Below the pieces are notes generated by a model, which was given only the letters and a program-made list of their open reading frames with translations, did not search any database and had not been told where the DNA came from. This document shows positions 31,001-40,604 of a stretch of 64,000 bases of DNA, piece by piece. The first letter of the stretch is position 1. Each line of letters opens with the position of its first letter. Origin of the DNA: Gallionella sp. (GTDB lineage Bacteria; Pseudomonadota; Gammaproteobacteria; Burkholderiales; Gallionellaceae); the NCBI GenBank assembly GCA_030700315.1, contig JAUYJO010000106.1, positions 9,336 to 73,335 of the forward strand, in the 5' to 3' direction. The position numbers and the translations under genes were made by a program.

Positions 31001-31862
31001 CCAGCGCCAGACGTGCGTGCGGCGCGGCGGCGACAAATGCGCGCGGGTCGAAGTCGCGCGCCGTCATGCGCAAGGCGGCCAGGAGATGCGCGGCGAAAGG
31101 CCGCAGCTTGGCTTGCCCCGTGATGGAAAAATCTTGCCCCGCGATGGAGAAGCCTTGCCCTTGCCCGTCAAAGTCGAGTGCAATCGCTTCCAGTGTGCCG
31201 CCGGCTCGCGCCGCCACTTGTAACGCCGATGCACCGCTGCCGGCCAGCTTTGCTTCGGCGCGCAACTCGAAAGGCGCGGCAGCGGCAAGCGTGCCTTGCC
31301 CGGTCAGCGTACCGGCATCGATGACGACGGAAAACGCATCGAGGCGATACGCTGCGCCGTCACCGGAAAGCGCCGCCTTCAGTTCGCGGGCAAATGGGTG
31401 CGGGGCGTCGTGCATTTCGAGGATGCCGATTTCCAGTGCATCCAGGCGCGCGGCGAGCGGCAGGCGCAGACTGGCGGGCAGCGCGATGGGCGGGGCATCT
31501 TCCGGCCACAGCAGCTCGACACGGGCAACTTTCAGCGCGTGAATTTCCAGCAGGCCGCCGAGCAGCGATATCGGGTTCCAGGCGAGTTCGAGGCCGTGAA
31601 AGGTGTAGCGATCCGTGCCGGAAACAACATGCAGGCGCTCCAGAGTCAGCGGCCCGGCCAGGCGTCCGCGCGCACCTTCGATGCGCACTTGTCCGCCGCT
31701 GTTGCGCTCCAATGTCGCGACGGTCCAAGTCAAACCGCTTTCGGTGAACAGCAGCCAGCCCGGCAGGGCGGCAAACAGGGCGCCAAATAGAGCGATGGTC
31801 AGCACCGCCAGGAGCCGGAGGCGGCGTGAAAAGCGGCCGAGAAAATTCCGCACGCGCGCCAT
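28095..31862 (-). CDS. tamB: Translocation and assembly module TamB
   Basis: N-terminal TM anchor, long beta-rich body, C-terminal AYGQRL..ERG...F.G..DDP.L, L.S.P..PD.EKLSWIVLGR, GKRLS. Confidence 0.92.
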   Translation of the reverse strand: MARVRNFLGRFSRRLRLLAVLTIALFGALFAALPGWLLFTESGLTWTVATLERNSGGQVRIEGARGRLAGPLTLERLHVVSGTDRYTFHGLELAWNPISLLGGLLEIHALKVARVELLWPEDAPPIALPASLRLPLAARLDALEIGILEMHDAPHPFARELKAALSGDGAAYRLDAFSVVIDAGTLTGQGTLAAAAPFELRAEAKLAGSGASALQVAARAGGTLEAIALDFDGQGQGFSIAGQDFSITGQAKLRPFAAHLLAALRMTARDFDPRAFVAAAPHARLALDVDLAPQADGALAGHLRADNAAPLPLDRGGLPFSRAETSLVLHWDTGPRRLRLDDLVLKIGAGGTAGGRVDLVWPDAAPWPQGDADLKVAQLDPSALHSALRPMRLAGRILMSGDADAQRATLALADGARHLDAELARRGDTLTLSRLLLAQGAAELAGAGELRLDTEQAWQFAGTLRHFDPSAFVEISRADLNAEFEGSGRLAPQFDGRLRFALGKSSLPGQILAGDGDLSFAGLDRPDELLAANGKAHLRGTLNIRLGNSSLHAKGGWGDPAEKLALSVKMPDLTHLRALVPGALVPGLPADLSGALDLSVEGTPMQHRLRVNADLPGGRATHLTATGALHAPSPNWRDLAWQGKVETLSLSGDFPLALIAPAQLMASRARITLGAAELAFAGGRIVPAEIDWQPGRWSSRGRYTGIALRPGDEALSGLEPLRIGGEWSLSGATHIEGWLRANRESGDWMLPGILPPAMRAAGLETLRLEAHSAGGRVSLDVVAAGSRIGHWQAGATLPLAGGAAGFVIPPSPAAGEEPLTGWLKAAITDLAWVGPALDGNLTSAGALDIDAELSGTLDAPLLSGHVRGGGLAVGLIDQNIQLRDGELAIRFDQQRAVLERLAFIAPQQPPPRAARTAGFTSQVEPGRLNIEGELDLRQRGASLTATLTRLPLSQRPERWVVASGKARLNYGADRQRDRLKIGAELVADAGFIAEAASSRPELSEDIVVLGQLPVERRGPRIESDISFDLGEHFHLRSTGLAARLTGRLRVRGDGDGPLVATGSIATRDATFDAYGQRLAVERGIVNFQGALDDPGLNVLALRKDLAVEAGVSVTGTAQRPVVRLVSTPPVPDAEKLSWIVLGRPPDAGGTDTSLLLSAAGAILGGQGEGLTAQLAQAFGIDEISLRQAPTGDPLTGQILTLGKRLSARTYIGYEQGLTAAAGAIKLTHALTPRISIITRSGEDNAIDVFYHFAFD

Positions 31863-33604
31863 CAGAAAGCCACCATCAGTGCGAAATGCGGATGCCAGCG
31901 CCCGTTGCGGCTGCCGCGTGCCAGATCGAAGGCGAGCGGCCCGACCGGGCTTTGCCAGCGGGCACCCGCGCCGATGCCGGTGGCCGGTTTCAAATCGCGC
32001 CAGCGGTCGGCCGCGTCGCCGCTATCGACGAACACCGCCGCGCCCCACGGCCCGTCGAGCCAGTGTGTGTATTCGAGGCTGCCGACCAGCAGCGCGCGAC
32101 CGCCCACCACCGCGTTGCCCTCGCGCACACCGAGACTCTGGTAAGCGTAGCCGCGCACCGTTTGACCGCCGCCGGTGCGGAACAGGTAATCCTGCGGGAT
32201 GCCGAAACGCGACGTGGCGGCGGTGAGGCCGGCTTCGCCGCGCAGCGTAAGCGTGTCGCGCTCACCGATCGGCCACCACTGCTGCACGCGCAACTGGGTG
32301 CGCACGAAGTCGCGGTCGGACAATAGCTGTGTCGATGCGCCACCCAGCCGGAACTCGATGACATTGCCGCGCCTGGGGTTCAGCGCATCGTCCGCCGCGC
32401 GGCGGATCCAGCGCCAGTCAAGCGTCAGCGCATCATCTGTTTCGACGATGCCGCCGGTGGGACGGCGCTCCTCGCGCTGCCAATCGATGCCGAGCTTTGT
32501 TTCGACCCGGTCTTCGACGCGGCTGCGGGTCGCCCCCAGCACCTGGCGCGCACTGGCGAGACCCGCGATGTCGCTGGCCTCCAGCCGCCCGCCAAAAGCC
32601 AGACGGTAGCCGCGCGCATCGGGCAGCAGACCGAGGTCGGCGAACAGCGATTGGCGTTTTTCTTCGATACGCAGGCCGCTGTTCAACTCCCAGGCACGGT
32701 CGAAAAAATCGTGATTGCGGTAGTTGATCTCGCCGCGCGCGCCGCTGTTGGAACCATAGCCGAGGCCGAAACCGACGCGTTGGGTTTGCGTTTCGGCGAG
32801 CGTCACATGCACCGGCACGATGCCGTCGGAAGCAGCAGACGGATCGGCCTCGACGCTCACCGCATGAAACCAGGGTGCGTTTTGCAAGCGCGACTGCAAG
32901 GTCAGCAGCGCATCGCGACGATAGGCGTCGCCTGCCGCGAAAGGCGCGAGCCCTTGCACCAGCGCCGCATCGTAGCGTTTCAGTCCGTCGATAGTGAGTG
33001 TGCCGAAGCGGTAGGCCGGGCCACTGTCAATCACGACGTTCAGCCGTGCCGTCGTCCGCAGCGGATCGACCTCGGCGCGGCTACCGGCGAGGCGCGCCGC
33101 CGCATGGTCGGTCGCGGCGACCTCGGCCAGCAAGGCAGATTTCGCGGCTTCCCAATCCTCTGAACGGAAAACCGCGCCCACCTTGAGCGGCCAGTTCGCG
33201 CGCAGGCGCTCGCGGCGGCCGACCTGCCCGGTATCCTCATCCGCCAGATTGCCGAGAAATTCGAGGGTGACACTATCAACCCGCGTGCGTTTCCCCGGAT
33301 CGACTTCCACGATCAGCCCGGCATCCGCCGTGCGGCGCACCTCGACCTGCGGTGTGAAATAGCCCTCGGTGGCGAGCAGGTCGGCCGCCACGCGCCCGGT
33401 ACGGCGGGTCAACACCGCCTGCGCGTCGTCGCCGGCCAGGCGCGCCGGCAGATCGAGATGTTGCACAAGAAAGGCGCGCACCGGTTCCGGCGCGACTAGT
33501 GTCACCGCTACACCTGGCGCATCCGCCAGGGTTTCTGCGCCCGCCGTGACGCCCAGCAAAACGATGCAACAGGAGGCAATAAAACGCAGTTGGCGCTCAC
33601 GCAC
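31862..33604 (-). CDS. tamA: Omp85-family translocation and assembly module TamA
   Basis: POTRA-like LATEGYF, DSGP.Y.FG, FRTGG..TVRGY.YQSLG, W.SPVGPL..DLA, terminal Phe. GTG start at 33604 is inferred. Confidence 0.9.
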   Translation of the reverse strand: MRERQLRFIASCCIVLLGVTAGAETLADAPGVAVTLVAPEPVRAFLVQHLDLPARLAGDDAQAVLTRRTGRVAADLLATEGYFTPQVEVRRTADAGLIVEVDPGKRTRVDSVTLEFLGNLADEDTGQVGRRERLRANWPLKVGAVFRSEDWEAAKSALLAEVAATDHAAARLAGSRAEVDPLRTTARLNVVIDSGPAYRFGTLTIDGLKRYDAALVQGLAPFAAGDAYRRDALLTLQSRLQNAPWFHAVSVEADPSAASDGIVPVHVTLAETQTQRVGFGLGYGSNSGARGEINYRNHDFFDRAWELNSGLRIEEKRQSLFADLGLLPDARGYRLAFGGRLEASDIAGLASARQVLGATRSRVEDRVETKLGIDWQREERRPTGGIVETDDALTLDWRWIRRAADDALNPRRGNVIEFRLGGASTQLLSDRDFVRTQLRVQQWWPIGERDTLTLRGEAGLTAATSRFGIPQDYLFRTGGGQTVRGYAYQSLGVREGNAVVGGRALLVGSLEYTHWLDGPWGAAVFVDSGDAADRWRDLKPATGIGAGARWQSPVGPLAFDLARGSRNGRWHPHFALMVAF

Positions 33605-33665
33605 CGCCCTCACCCTCGACCGCCCTGCCTCGGCGCACGAAGGAAGGTTGGAAAGCGCTCCACCG

Positions 33666-35639
33666 CTACAGCAGCGCATCAAATTTTTCGATCGGCATCG
33701 GCCTGCCCAGCAGATACCCCTGGTAGGTAGTGCAGCCTCTATCCAGGAGAAGCTGCCGTTGCGCCAACGTCTCCACGCCTTCGGCAATGATGTTCAGGTT
33801 CAAGCCTTGCGCCATGGCAATGATGGTGCGCACAATCGCTTTATCGTTGTCATCGCTGGCAATGTCGCGCACGAACGACTGGTCAATCTTGAGCTGGTCG
33901 AGCGGCAGACGCTTGAGGTATTGCAAGGATGAATAGCCGGTGCCGAAATCGTCCATGGAAAAATTGATGCCTCGGGCTTTCAGTACGGTCATTTTTGCGA
34001 TGATGTCATCCACATTGCACAGCAACATGCTTTCGGTGATCTCCAGCTTGAGTCTTGCGGGAGCCACCACGTAGTAATCGACCAGCGCCAGCACTTCCTC
34101 GACGAAAGTCGGCAAATGGAACTGCTTGGCGCTGACATTCACCGCCAAAGTGAGATGGGCCGTTTCCGGTCGCGCCCCCCAGGCAGCCAATTGCTGGCAG
34201 GCGGTTGTCAGCACCCAGTTACCCAGCGGCAGAATCAGCCCGGACTCTTCGGCGAGCGGGATGAAATCAGCGGGAGACACCATGCCGCGCTCGGGATGTT
34301 GCCAACGCAGCAGGGCCTCGGCACCGACCAGCTTGCCCGATGAATCAACTTGCGCCTGATAGAAAAGCTGGAATTGCTTCTGCTCGGCGATGGCGTGTCG
34401 CAGGTCGGATTCCAGGGAGGCGCGGACGGTGATGGTTTCCTGCATCTGCGGGTCGAAGAAGCGCAGGGAGTTGCGCCCGGCTTTTTTGGCCTGATACATG
34501 GCGATGTCTGCCTGCTTCAGCAGCTCATCCTGATTTTGCTCGTGATCGCTGAAAAGAGTCACACCGATACTGGGGGTGCTGCGGTACTCGTGGGTGGCCA
34601 ACTGGTATGGCTGGTTGAGCGTGAGCAGAATTTTCTCGCCGACGGTTTCAGCCTGCGCCGCCGCTTCAAGATCATGCTCGCTCAGATCTTCCAGCATTAC
34701 CACAAACTCGTCGCCGCCCAGGCGGGCCACGGTATCGCCTTCGCGCACGCAGGATTCAAGGCGTTGCGCAACCTGCTGCAAGAGCAGATCACCGACGTCA
34801 TGGCCCAGGGTGTCGTTGAGGGTCTTGAAATTGTCCAGATCAATAAACAGCAGCGCCCCTTCCCGGCCGCTGCGCGCACTGGAAGCCAACGCCTGCTTGA
34901 GCCGGTCCATCAGCAGCCGCCGATTGGGCAGTTGCGTGAGAGGATCGTAGAATGCCAAGTTCTTGATCTCTTCTTCGGCCTGCTTGCGTTGCGTAATGTG
35001 CAGGTTGAAAGCCAGGATGGTGGCTCTTGCCACCAGGGCCGAAATAATAATAGCCAGCAGGCCGAGTATCAGCCCGACGATACGCACTTGGTCTGCGGCG
35101 CTCCTAGTTTTTTCGACAGCGCCATTCATTTCATCAAGTTGGGTCTTGATGAGCGGTGACAACGAATTTTGCAACGCCAGGCTGTCCCTGTCGAAATCCA
35201 GCATCAACTGGTTTCCCACGGATGCCCCGCCATCAATGTAGGCGCGCGCCATCTTGACGCCGTTGGTATAAAAGGTATTGAAATCGGCCCGGATCAGATT
35301 GATCCGTTCAACACCCTTATGATCCCCTTTCAGGGCAAGCATCTGCTCGAATCTGGCAAGATTGGCATTAAAACTGTTGCCGTGTGTCTCTGCACCCTTG
35401 AACCCGTCATCCAATCCATCCAGAGCGCGTGTTGCAGAAATATCGGACAAGAATTGTTGCACTTGGGTTACGTCTTTTTCCATATCTTTGGCCATTAGGG
35501 CAAAGGTAACGCTTTCCTCCTTGACATGCCGCAGGTGACCGGAAACATCTTTCATCACAAGATTCAACCACAATCCAAATGCGAAAAACATCAGGATCGG
35601 AACCGAAAAGCCCAGGATTATTTTTGTGCCAACTTTCAT
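33666..35639 (-). CDS. Membrane-bound diguanylate cyclase/phosphodiesterase (periplasmic sensor-GGDEF-EAL)
   Basis: Two TM segments around a helical sensor, DPLTQLPNRR, RLGGDEF, EALLRW, DDFGTGYSSL, AEGVET. Confidence 0.93.
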   Translation of the reverse strand: MKVGTKIILGFSVPILMFFAFGLWLNLVMKDVSGHLRHVKEESVTFALMAKDMEKDVTQVQQFLSDISATRALDGLDDGFKGAETHGNSFNANLARFEQMLALKGDHKGVERINLIRADFNTFYTNGVKMARAYIDGGASVGNQLMLDFDRDSLALQNSLSPLIKTQLDEMNGAVEKTRSAADQVRIVGLILGLLAIIISALVARATILAFNLHITQRKQAEEEIKNLAFYDPLTQLPNRRLLMDRLKQALASSARSGREGALLFIDLDNFKTLNDTLGHDVGDLLLQQVAQRLESCVREGDTVARLGGDEFVVMLEDLSEHDLEAAAQAETVGEKILLTLNQPYQLATHEYRSTPSIGVTLFSDHEQNQDELLKQADIAMYQAKKAGRNSLRFFDPQMQETITVRASLESDLRHAIAEQKQFQLFYQAQVDSSGKLVGAEALLRWQHPERGMVSPADFIPLAEESGLILPLGNWVLTTACQQLAAWGARPETAHLTLAVNVSAKQFHLPTFVEEVLALVDYYVVAPARLKLEITESMLLCNVDDIIAKMTVLKARGINFSMDDFGTGYSSLQYLKRLPLDQLKIDQSFVRDIASDDNDKAIVRTIIAMAQGLNLNIIAEGVETLAQRQLLLDRGCTTYQGYLLGRPMPIEKFDALL

Positions 35640-35724
35640 CGTTTCATTATCATGCTAAATCATTAAATATTCATAACTGATTGGCGCATTGTTTCAAATT
35701 TATGGCAGAAAATATACGGCGCTG

Positions 35725-36432
35725 TCAGATGTCGAGTGCAGAGCCATTCTCCCGCAACCATGACTTTCTTTCTGCGTAGTCAGGCATTACCTTGTCAACT
35801 TCATTCCAAAATGCATCCGTATGATCACGGTGGTGCAAATGGCAAAGCTCGTGCACCACAATGTAGTCGATGACTTTCGGCGATGCCATCATGCACTTCC
35901 AGTGAAAGCTCAACCGTCCATCAAAGGTGCATGTGGCCCAGCGATAACCAACGTCTCTTACTTCTATCAATACAGGAGTAACGCCAACCTTGGAGGCAAA
36001 ATAGGCCACACGTTTTTTTAGTCGCTCCAATGCCTTTTCGGCATAGAACTTTTCAAACACCTGCTTCGCAGCTTCTTCGCCGCCATCCTCAACGATTTTT
36101 CTTTGTAAGCAAAAGCGGCCTCCCTTGAGCTTGAGTGGCTCAACTTGCTCTTGCGTCAGCAACAACCGGTAGGCACAACCGAGGTAAAGAAAACCCTCGC
36201 CGTTGACCCACTCGCGCACAACACGTGCCGCATTCAAATCACGCCACTCGGCCAAATTGCGATATATCCAAAGCCGCTTGTGTTCCACCACAGCATCGGC
36301 TTGTTCCTCGGTTAGATGTTCGGGCACCCGCACGGAAATCAGCCCGTTGCGTTCGATAACGATGTCCGCCGTCCTGCGTTCGCCGCTACGCAGCAGCTGG
36401 TATTCGATATCCCTGACTCGCCTCGCCTGCAT
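35725..36432 (-). CDS. M48/YgjP-like (DUF45) metallohydrolase associated with type I R-M
   Basis: RWATC, IDYIVVHELCHL...DH...FW. Directly downstream of hsdR. Confidence 0.88.
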   Translation of the reverse strand: MQARRVRDIEYQLLRSGERRTADIVIERNGLISVRVPEHLTEEQADAVVEHKRLWIYRNLAEWRDLNAARVVREWVNGEGFLYLGCAYRLLLTQEQVEPLKLKGGRFCLQRKIVEDGGEEAAKQVFEKFYAEKALERLKKRVAYFASKVGVTPVLIEVRDVGYRWATCTFDGRLSFHWKCMMASPKVIDYIVVHELCHLHHRDHTDAFWNEVDKVMPDYAERKSWLRENGSALDI

Positions 36433-36436
36433 GACA

Positions 36437-39400
36437 TCAACCCTTCAATAATTCATCGTGGCGATTCTTCGCCAGCTTCATGATTTCAACCGCCAGCCGT
36501 TCAAAACTTTCTGTCACTTCCGGTATATCCGCCATCAGCAATGCTGTATTCAGCTCACCGCGCAAACGTTTCTGCTCTGCCGGGTTGCTCCAGAAGTCGA
36601 TGATGCCGATGCTCTCATGAAGCAGTCTCACAATATTTGCCATCAAAGCTTTCATCCTGGCAGCCTGACTTGCCGGAACGCCTTCCTTGCCGAACACAAT
36701 ATTGGCTACATGCGCGTAAAAAGTCGTGGCTTCCTTTTCCAGCCCATCGATACGCGTGGTTCGCCCGGCAGCGGCCTCTGCCCTTAGTTTCTCCAGTTCG
36801 TCCGCCAGCAGATCCCACTGGCCCTGATACTGGTCGATCAAGTGTTCCATTTTCTCCGAGAGTGTTTTGTAAAACGCCGGGTCTTCGTCGAATTTCACCG
36901 TGCAATGCTTGCGGATGGCATGCTCCATCTCGCTGGCCTTGGCCTCATCGTTGCCGCTTGCGTGCCGATTAAGCTGTTCGAGAAAATCTTCAGCCAGCAA
37001 TTCCACTGGCGGCACTTTGGGGTTAATGCCCAGACTCACCAGATGCTCGTTGACCAGCCGCCTCACCTTGTCACCCGCATCGCCAAAATCCAGACTCTCG
37101 TCCTTGTAACGCTCTTTGGTCACGCTCAGGATATAGCCGAAACGCCTGGCCGGAACACGGTAAGGCTGGGCAAACTCATGCGGCAGGATGATGTCCATAC
37201 TCATGAAGAACTTCTTCAGATAAACCTCGAAGTCAGCGCGCAGCCTTTCATCTTTCAATGCGGACACCGCCGCGTGAACCACGATGGCATCGGCCTCGAC
37301 ATTGCCCAATCGCCCCTGCACAAAATCCTCGATTCCCTTCACTCCGGCTGCCTTGAGGAACTGCACCAGCCGTTGATAGCGCTCATCCAGCACCGGCAAC
37401 TCTGACGTAATGTTCTTCAAGCCATCGCGCAACTCCTCCTGTTCATCAGTGGCGGCATAAAGGGTCAGCGCCTCGGTGAGATGGTTGGCCAACCCGATGT
37501 AATCCACTACATAGCCGCGCTTCTTGCCTTTGGCTACCCGGTTCACGCGGGCAATCGCCTGCAACAAGGTGTGCTCGCGTATCCTCTTGTCGATATACAT
37601 CACCTGCTCGACAGGCGCATCGAAGCCGGTAATCAGCATGTCGCAAACAATCAGGAAGGCGATGCCGGTCAGCTCTTTGTCATGATCGGCACGGTCGAAC
37701 GGCTTGCAGAAATTTTCCACCGCATTCCATGCCTTGGCCTGCTTGCGTGCCTGGGTAACGTAAGCCGCCTCGTTGGTGCCATCGGAGGAGATCACCACTA
37801 CTGCCTTGATGAAAGCAATCTGCGCGATCATTTCCTGATCTTGCGTGACCTTCAGCCGTTCCCTATCAAGGCGCTCGGTCAGGGCCGCTTCAATCGCGTT
37901 CCGATAACGTATCGCGGCGAGTTTGGAGTGGCACACCACTTGCGCCTTGAAACCATTGGGCAGGATGTTGTCGATGTAGTGGCTAACCAGATCGCGAGCA
38001 ATCGCACCTATGCGTTGCTCCGCTTCCAGAATGTCGCCGGTCGCGCCGTACTTCTTTTTGATCGCCAGCAGATATGCTTCGCTGCGGTCGCGGAACAGGT
38101 CTTCAAACTTGGTATCGAATTCGTGTTTCTCGTTCAGCGCGGTATCGGCGGTCTTGCCCTCATACAAAATTTGCAGCGTCGCGCCATCATGTACCGCATC
38201 CATCAAGCGGTAAGTGTCGATGTATTCGCCGAAGCGCTTCACCGTCTTCTTGCCCTCGTGGCGCTCAGTAATCAGTGGCGTGCCAGTGAATGCGATGCGC
38301 GTGGCATTGGGAAATGCCTCAAACAGGTTATCGCCAAGGTCGGAGCCTTGCGTGCGGTGCGCCTCATCGATCATCAGGATGATGCGCTCGGACGTATTCA
38401 CCACACCGAAAGTGCTGGCCGACGGCATCGCCAGATAAGTGCCCAGAGCCTCGGCCACCTGCGGGGTCAGCGTTTCCTTGCGCTCCTGGAATTTATGCAC
38501 CATCACCATATTGACATCGGAACTGTCCGTTGCCAGATGCCGACGCAGTGCCTGCGTGTTTTCGATCACGTTCACTTTTCCGCCGATCAGCGCGGCAGTG
38601 TCGCCGAGCTGGTCTTCCAGATCAACGCGATCATTTACCAACAGAATCTTGTAATCGTTCAGGTCGCGGGATGCTCGCAACATGCGCGCCAGAAACACCA
38701 TCGTGAGCGACTTGCCCGACCCCTGCGTATGCCACACCACACCGCTGCGCTGCATCGGCGATTCGCCCCGGCGCAAACGCTCGATGACCTTGCCCGCCGC
38801 GCGGAACTGCTGATAGCGTGCCACCACCTTGATGCGTTTGCCGGAATCGGTATCCATGAACACCGCACAAGTGCGCAACACAAGCAGCAAGTTTGGCTTG
38901 CTCAACATGCCCTGAATCAGCCGCTGTTGCGGGTTCAACTTTTGCGTATCCCCATCGCTTTCTGGCCACAACGTTTTCCAGGCATAGAAGTGTTCCTCGC
39001 CCGAAGTAATCGTGCCGTAATCCGCCTCCGCGCCGCTGCTGCGAATCAGCAACAAATTGCTGTGGAACAGGCGCGGCTCGCCTTCTTTCAGCCCCGCCTC
39101 CTGCGTCGCCTCGCGCGCATTGCGATAGCGCTGCAACTGCACAAAAGCCTCATGCATCGGGTTCGCGCAAGTCGGGCTGCCCAGCTTGCACTCCACCACC
39201 GCCAGCAGAATGCCGTTCACGAACAGCACGATGTCCATGATGATGAACTGCTTCACACATCCCGGCGTATCAATGCGGAACTGGTTGATGGCATGGAACT
39301 GGTTGTTTTCGGGATTAGCGAAATCAATCAGCTTCACCACCGGGTCTTGCTCTCCGGTCAGCTCGTTTGCATCCACCTGTGCCTTGAACAGCAAAGACTG

Positions 39401-39685
39401 AATCGCCTCGTTCGCCTCCAGCAACGTGCGGTTCGGCTGGCGCGAGATCTGGTCGCGCAGTTCGTCCAGTTGGCGGTCGGTCAGCCACGGTTTTCCGTCT
39501 TCGGTGATGTTGATGGCGCGCACCGCGTTGCGGAATACTTCAGGCAGCATCCATTCGCGGAAGGAGGCGCGCAGACTGGGCGCAGGATCGGAAGGGATGA
39601 TGCCGAAACCCTGGTCAATCACCGTCCAGCCCAACGCGGCAAGCTGTTCCAGGAAAGGCTTTTCGACGTGGAGGTATTCAGACAT
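36437..39685 (-). CDS. hsdR: Type I restriction endonuclease subunit R
   Basis: DIVLFVNG...VECK nuclease, WHTQGSGKS, DEAHR, FTGTP, LITGFDAP, LLQAIARVNR. Confidence 0.96.
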   Translation of the reverse strand: MSEYLHVEKPFLEQLAALGWTVIDQGFGIIPSDPAPSLRASFREWMLPEVFRNAVRAINITEDGKPWLTDRQLDELRDQISRQPNRTLLEANEAIQSLLFKAQVDANELTGEQDPVVKLIDFANPENNQFHAINQFRIDTPGCVKQFIIMDIVLFVNGILLAVVECKLGSPTCANPMHEAFVQLQRYRNAREATQEAGLKEGEPRLFHSNLLLIRSSGAEADYGTITSGEEHFYAWKTLWPESDGDTQKLNPQQRLIQGMLSKPNLLLVLRTCAVFMDTDSGKRIKVVARYQQFRAAGKVIERLRRGESPMQRSGVVWHTQGSGKSLTMVFLARMLRASRDLNDYKILLVNDRVDLEDQLGDTAALIGGKVNVIENTQALRRHLATDSSDVNMVMVHKFQERKETLTPQVAEALGTYLAMPSASTFGVVNTSERIILMIDEAHRTQGSDLGDNLFEAFPNATRIAFTGTPLITERHEGKKTVKRFGEYIDTYRLMDAVHDGATLQILYEGKTADTALNEKHEFDTKFEDLFRDRSEAYLLAIKKKYGATGDILEAEQRIGAIARDLVSHYIDNILPNGFKAQVVCHSKLAAIRYRNAIEAALTERLDRERLKVTQDQEMIAQIAFIKAVVVISSDGTNEAAYVTQARKQAKAWNAVENFCKPFDRADHDKELTGIAFLIVCDMLITGFDAPVEQVMYIDKRIREHTLLQAIARVNRVAKGKKRGYVVDYIGLANHLTEALTLYAATDEQEELRDGLKNITSELPVLDERYQRLVQFLKAAGVKGIEDFVQGRLGNVEADAIVVHAAVSALKDERLRADFEVYLKKFFMSMDIILPHEFAQPYRVPARRFGYILSVTKERYKDESLDFGDAGDKVRRLVNEHLVSLGINPKVPPVELLAEDFLEQLNRHASGNDEAKASEMEHAIRKHCTVKFDEDPAFYKTLSEKMEHLIDQYQGQWDLLADELEKLRAEAAAGRTTRIDGLEKEATTFYAHVANIVFGKEGVPASQAARMKALMANIVRLLHESIGIIDFWSNPAEQKRLRGELNTALLMADIPEVTESFERLAVEIMKLAKNRHDELLKG

Positions 39686-40604
39686 GGCCTACACCTGACA
39701 AAACAGCCTCAAGCCGCGCAACCGCTTCACGGTGTTTGGCGGCAGTCATGCGCTTGATGTTCATCAGCTTCCATTGCACGGCAGGCAGCTCGTTCATTCC
39801 GCTCAAGTTGAGCAAACTCCAATCAGGCTCGCCGCGCTTGAAGCTCAATAAAAACGCGCGATGCTTGTCCGTGATGTGTTGGTGAATCAAGGCTATCATC
39901 CGCTCTCTGGTGTCCTCAAGTGCTGCCAATGTTACGGGGTTCAGCGTCATCCCGCTGAACTGGGTTTCAAATACTTCTGCGATTGGCAAACGGTTGGGGG
40001 CCAGCAATTCTGCAATAGGCATACCGCTACTGATTAAATACACCATGAAGGTTTCGACCAGTTCGGCTGAAATCCCTTCGTGATCCAGCAACTGATGGAC
40101 ATCAAACAAATCTCGCGGATGTTGCCTGTCCAGCGCGGCGCACAGTTTACCCGCATATACATCATGTGCATGCAACACCAGCACCTCGCTCGGCCCGAAC
40201 TGCGCATTCACTTTAGCGCAGCTTTGCAAGCGGCGTGGCAAATGCACGCTCCCGCGCAACACGGGCGAAACCTCGATTTTCACTCTGGTCACGTCCCGCA
40301 TCACCACCAGCTTGCCCAGCAAGCCATTGACTCGCGTGCGATGAACTTGCAAAGCTCGGCTACTCGTCTCGATACGGCTAGCCAACCGTTCAAGCGCCAA
40401 ACTCATTTCATTCAGCGCAACATCGCGCGGCAGCAAAGGCAAATACGTCAGATCAATATCTACCGACAAGCGCGGCATATCGCGCAAAAACAAATTGATC
40501 GCCGTGCCACCCTTCAGGGCAAAGCAGGCTTCGGCAGACAACAGCGGCAACATCTCCGCCAACAAAGCCACTTGCCGATAATAAGGGTTAGAAGGATTGA
40601 GCAT
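39678..40604 (-). CDS. abiEii: AbiEii/AbiGii nucleotidyltransferase toxin (type IV TA)
   Basis: FALKGGTAINLF...PRLSVDIDL, YAGKLCAALDRQHPRDLFD. Confidence 0.93.
   Translation of the reverse strand: MLNPSNPYYRQVALLAEMLPLLSAEACFALKGGTAINLFLRDMPRLSVDIDLTYLPLLPRDVALNEMSLALERLASRIETSSRALQVHRTRVNGLLGKLVVMRDVTRVKIEVSPVLRGSVHLPRRLQSCAKVNAQFGPSEVLVLHAHDVYAGKLCAALDRQHPRDLFDVHQLLDHEGISAELVETFMVYLISSGMPIAELLAPNRLPIAEVFETQFSGMTLNPVTLAALEDTRERMIALIHQHITDKHRAFLLSFKRGEPDWSLLNLSGMNELPAVQWKLMNIKRMTAAKHREAVARLEAVLSGVGHV

Noticed and set aside
37481-39757. 758-aa plus-strand ORF
   Set aside because: Antisense shadow of hsdR with no recognisable motifs. Long shadow ORFs are expected in GC-rich coding DNA.
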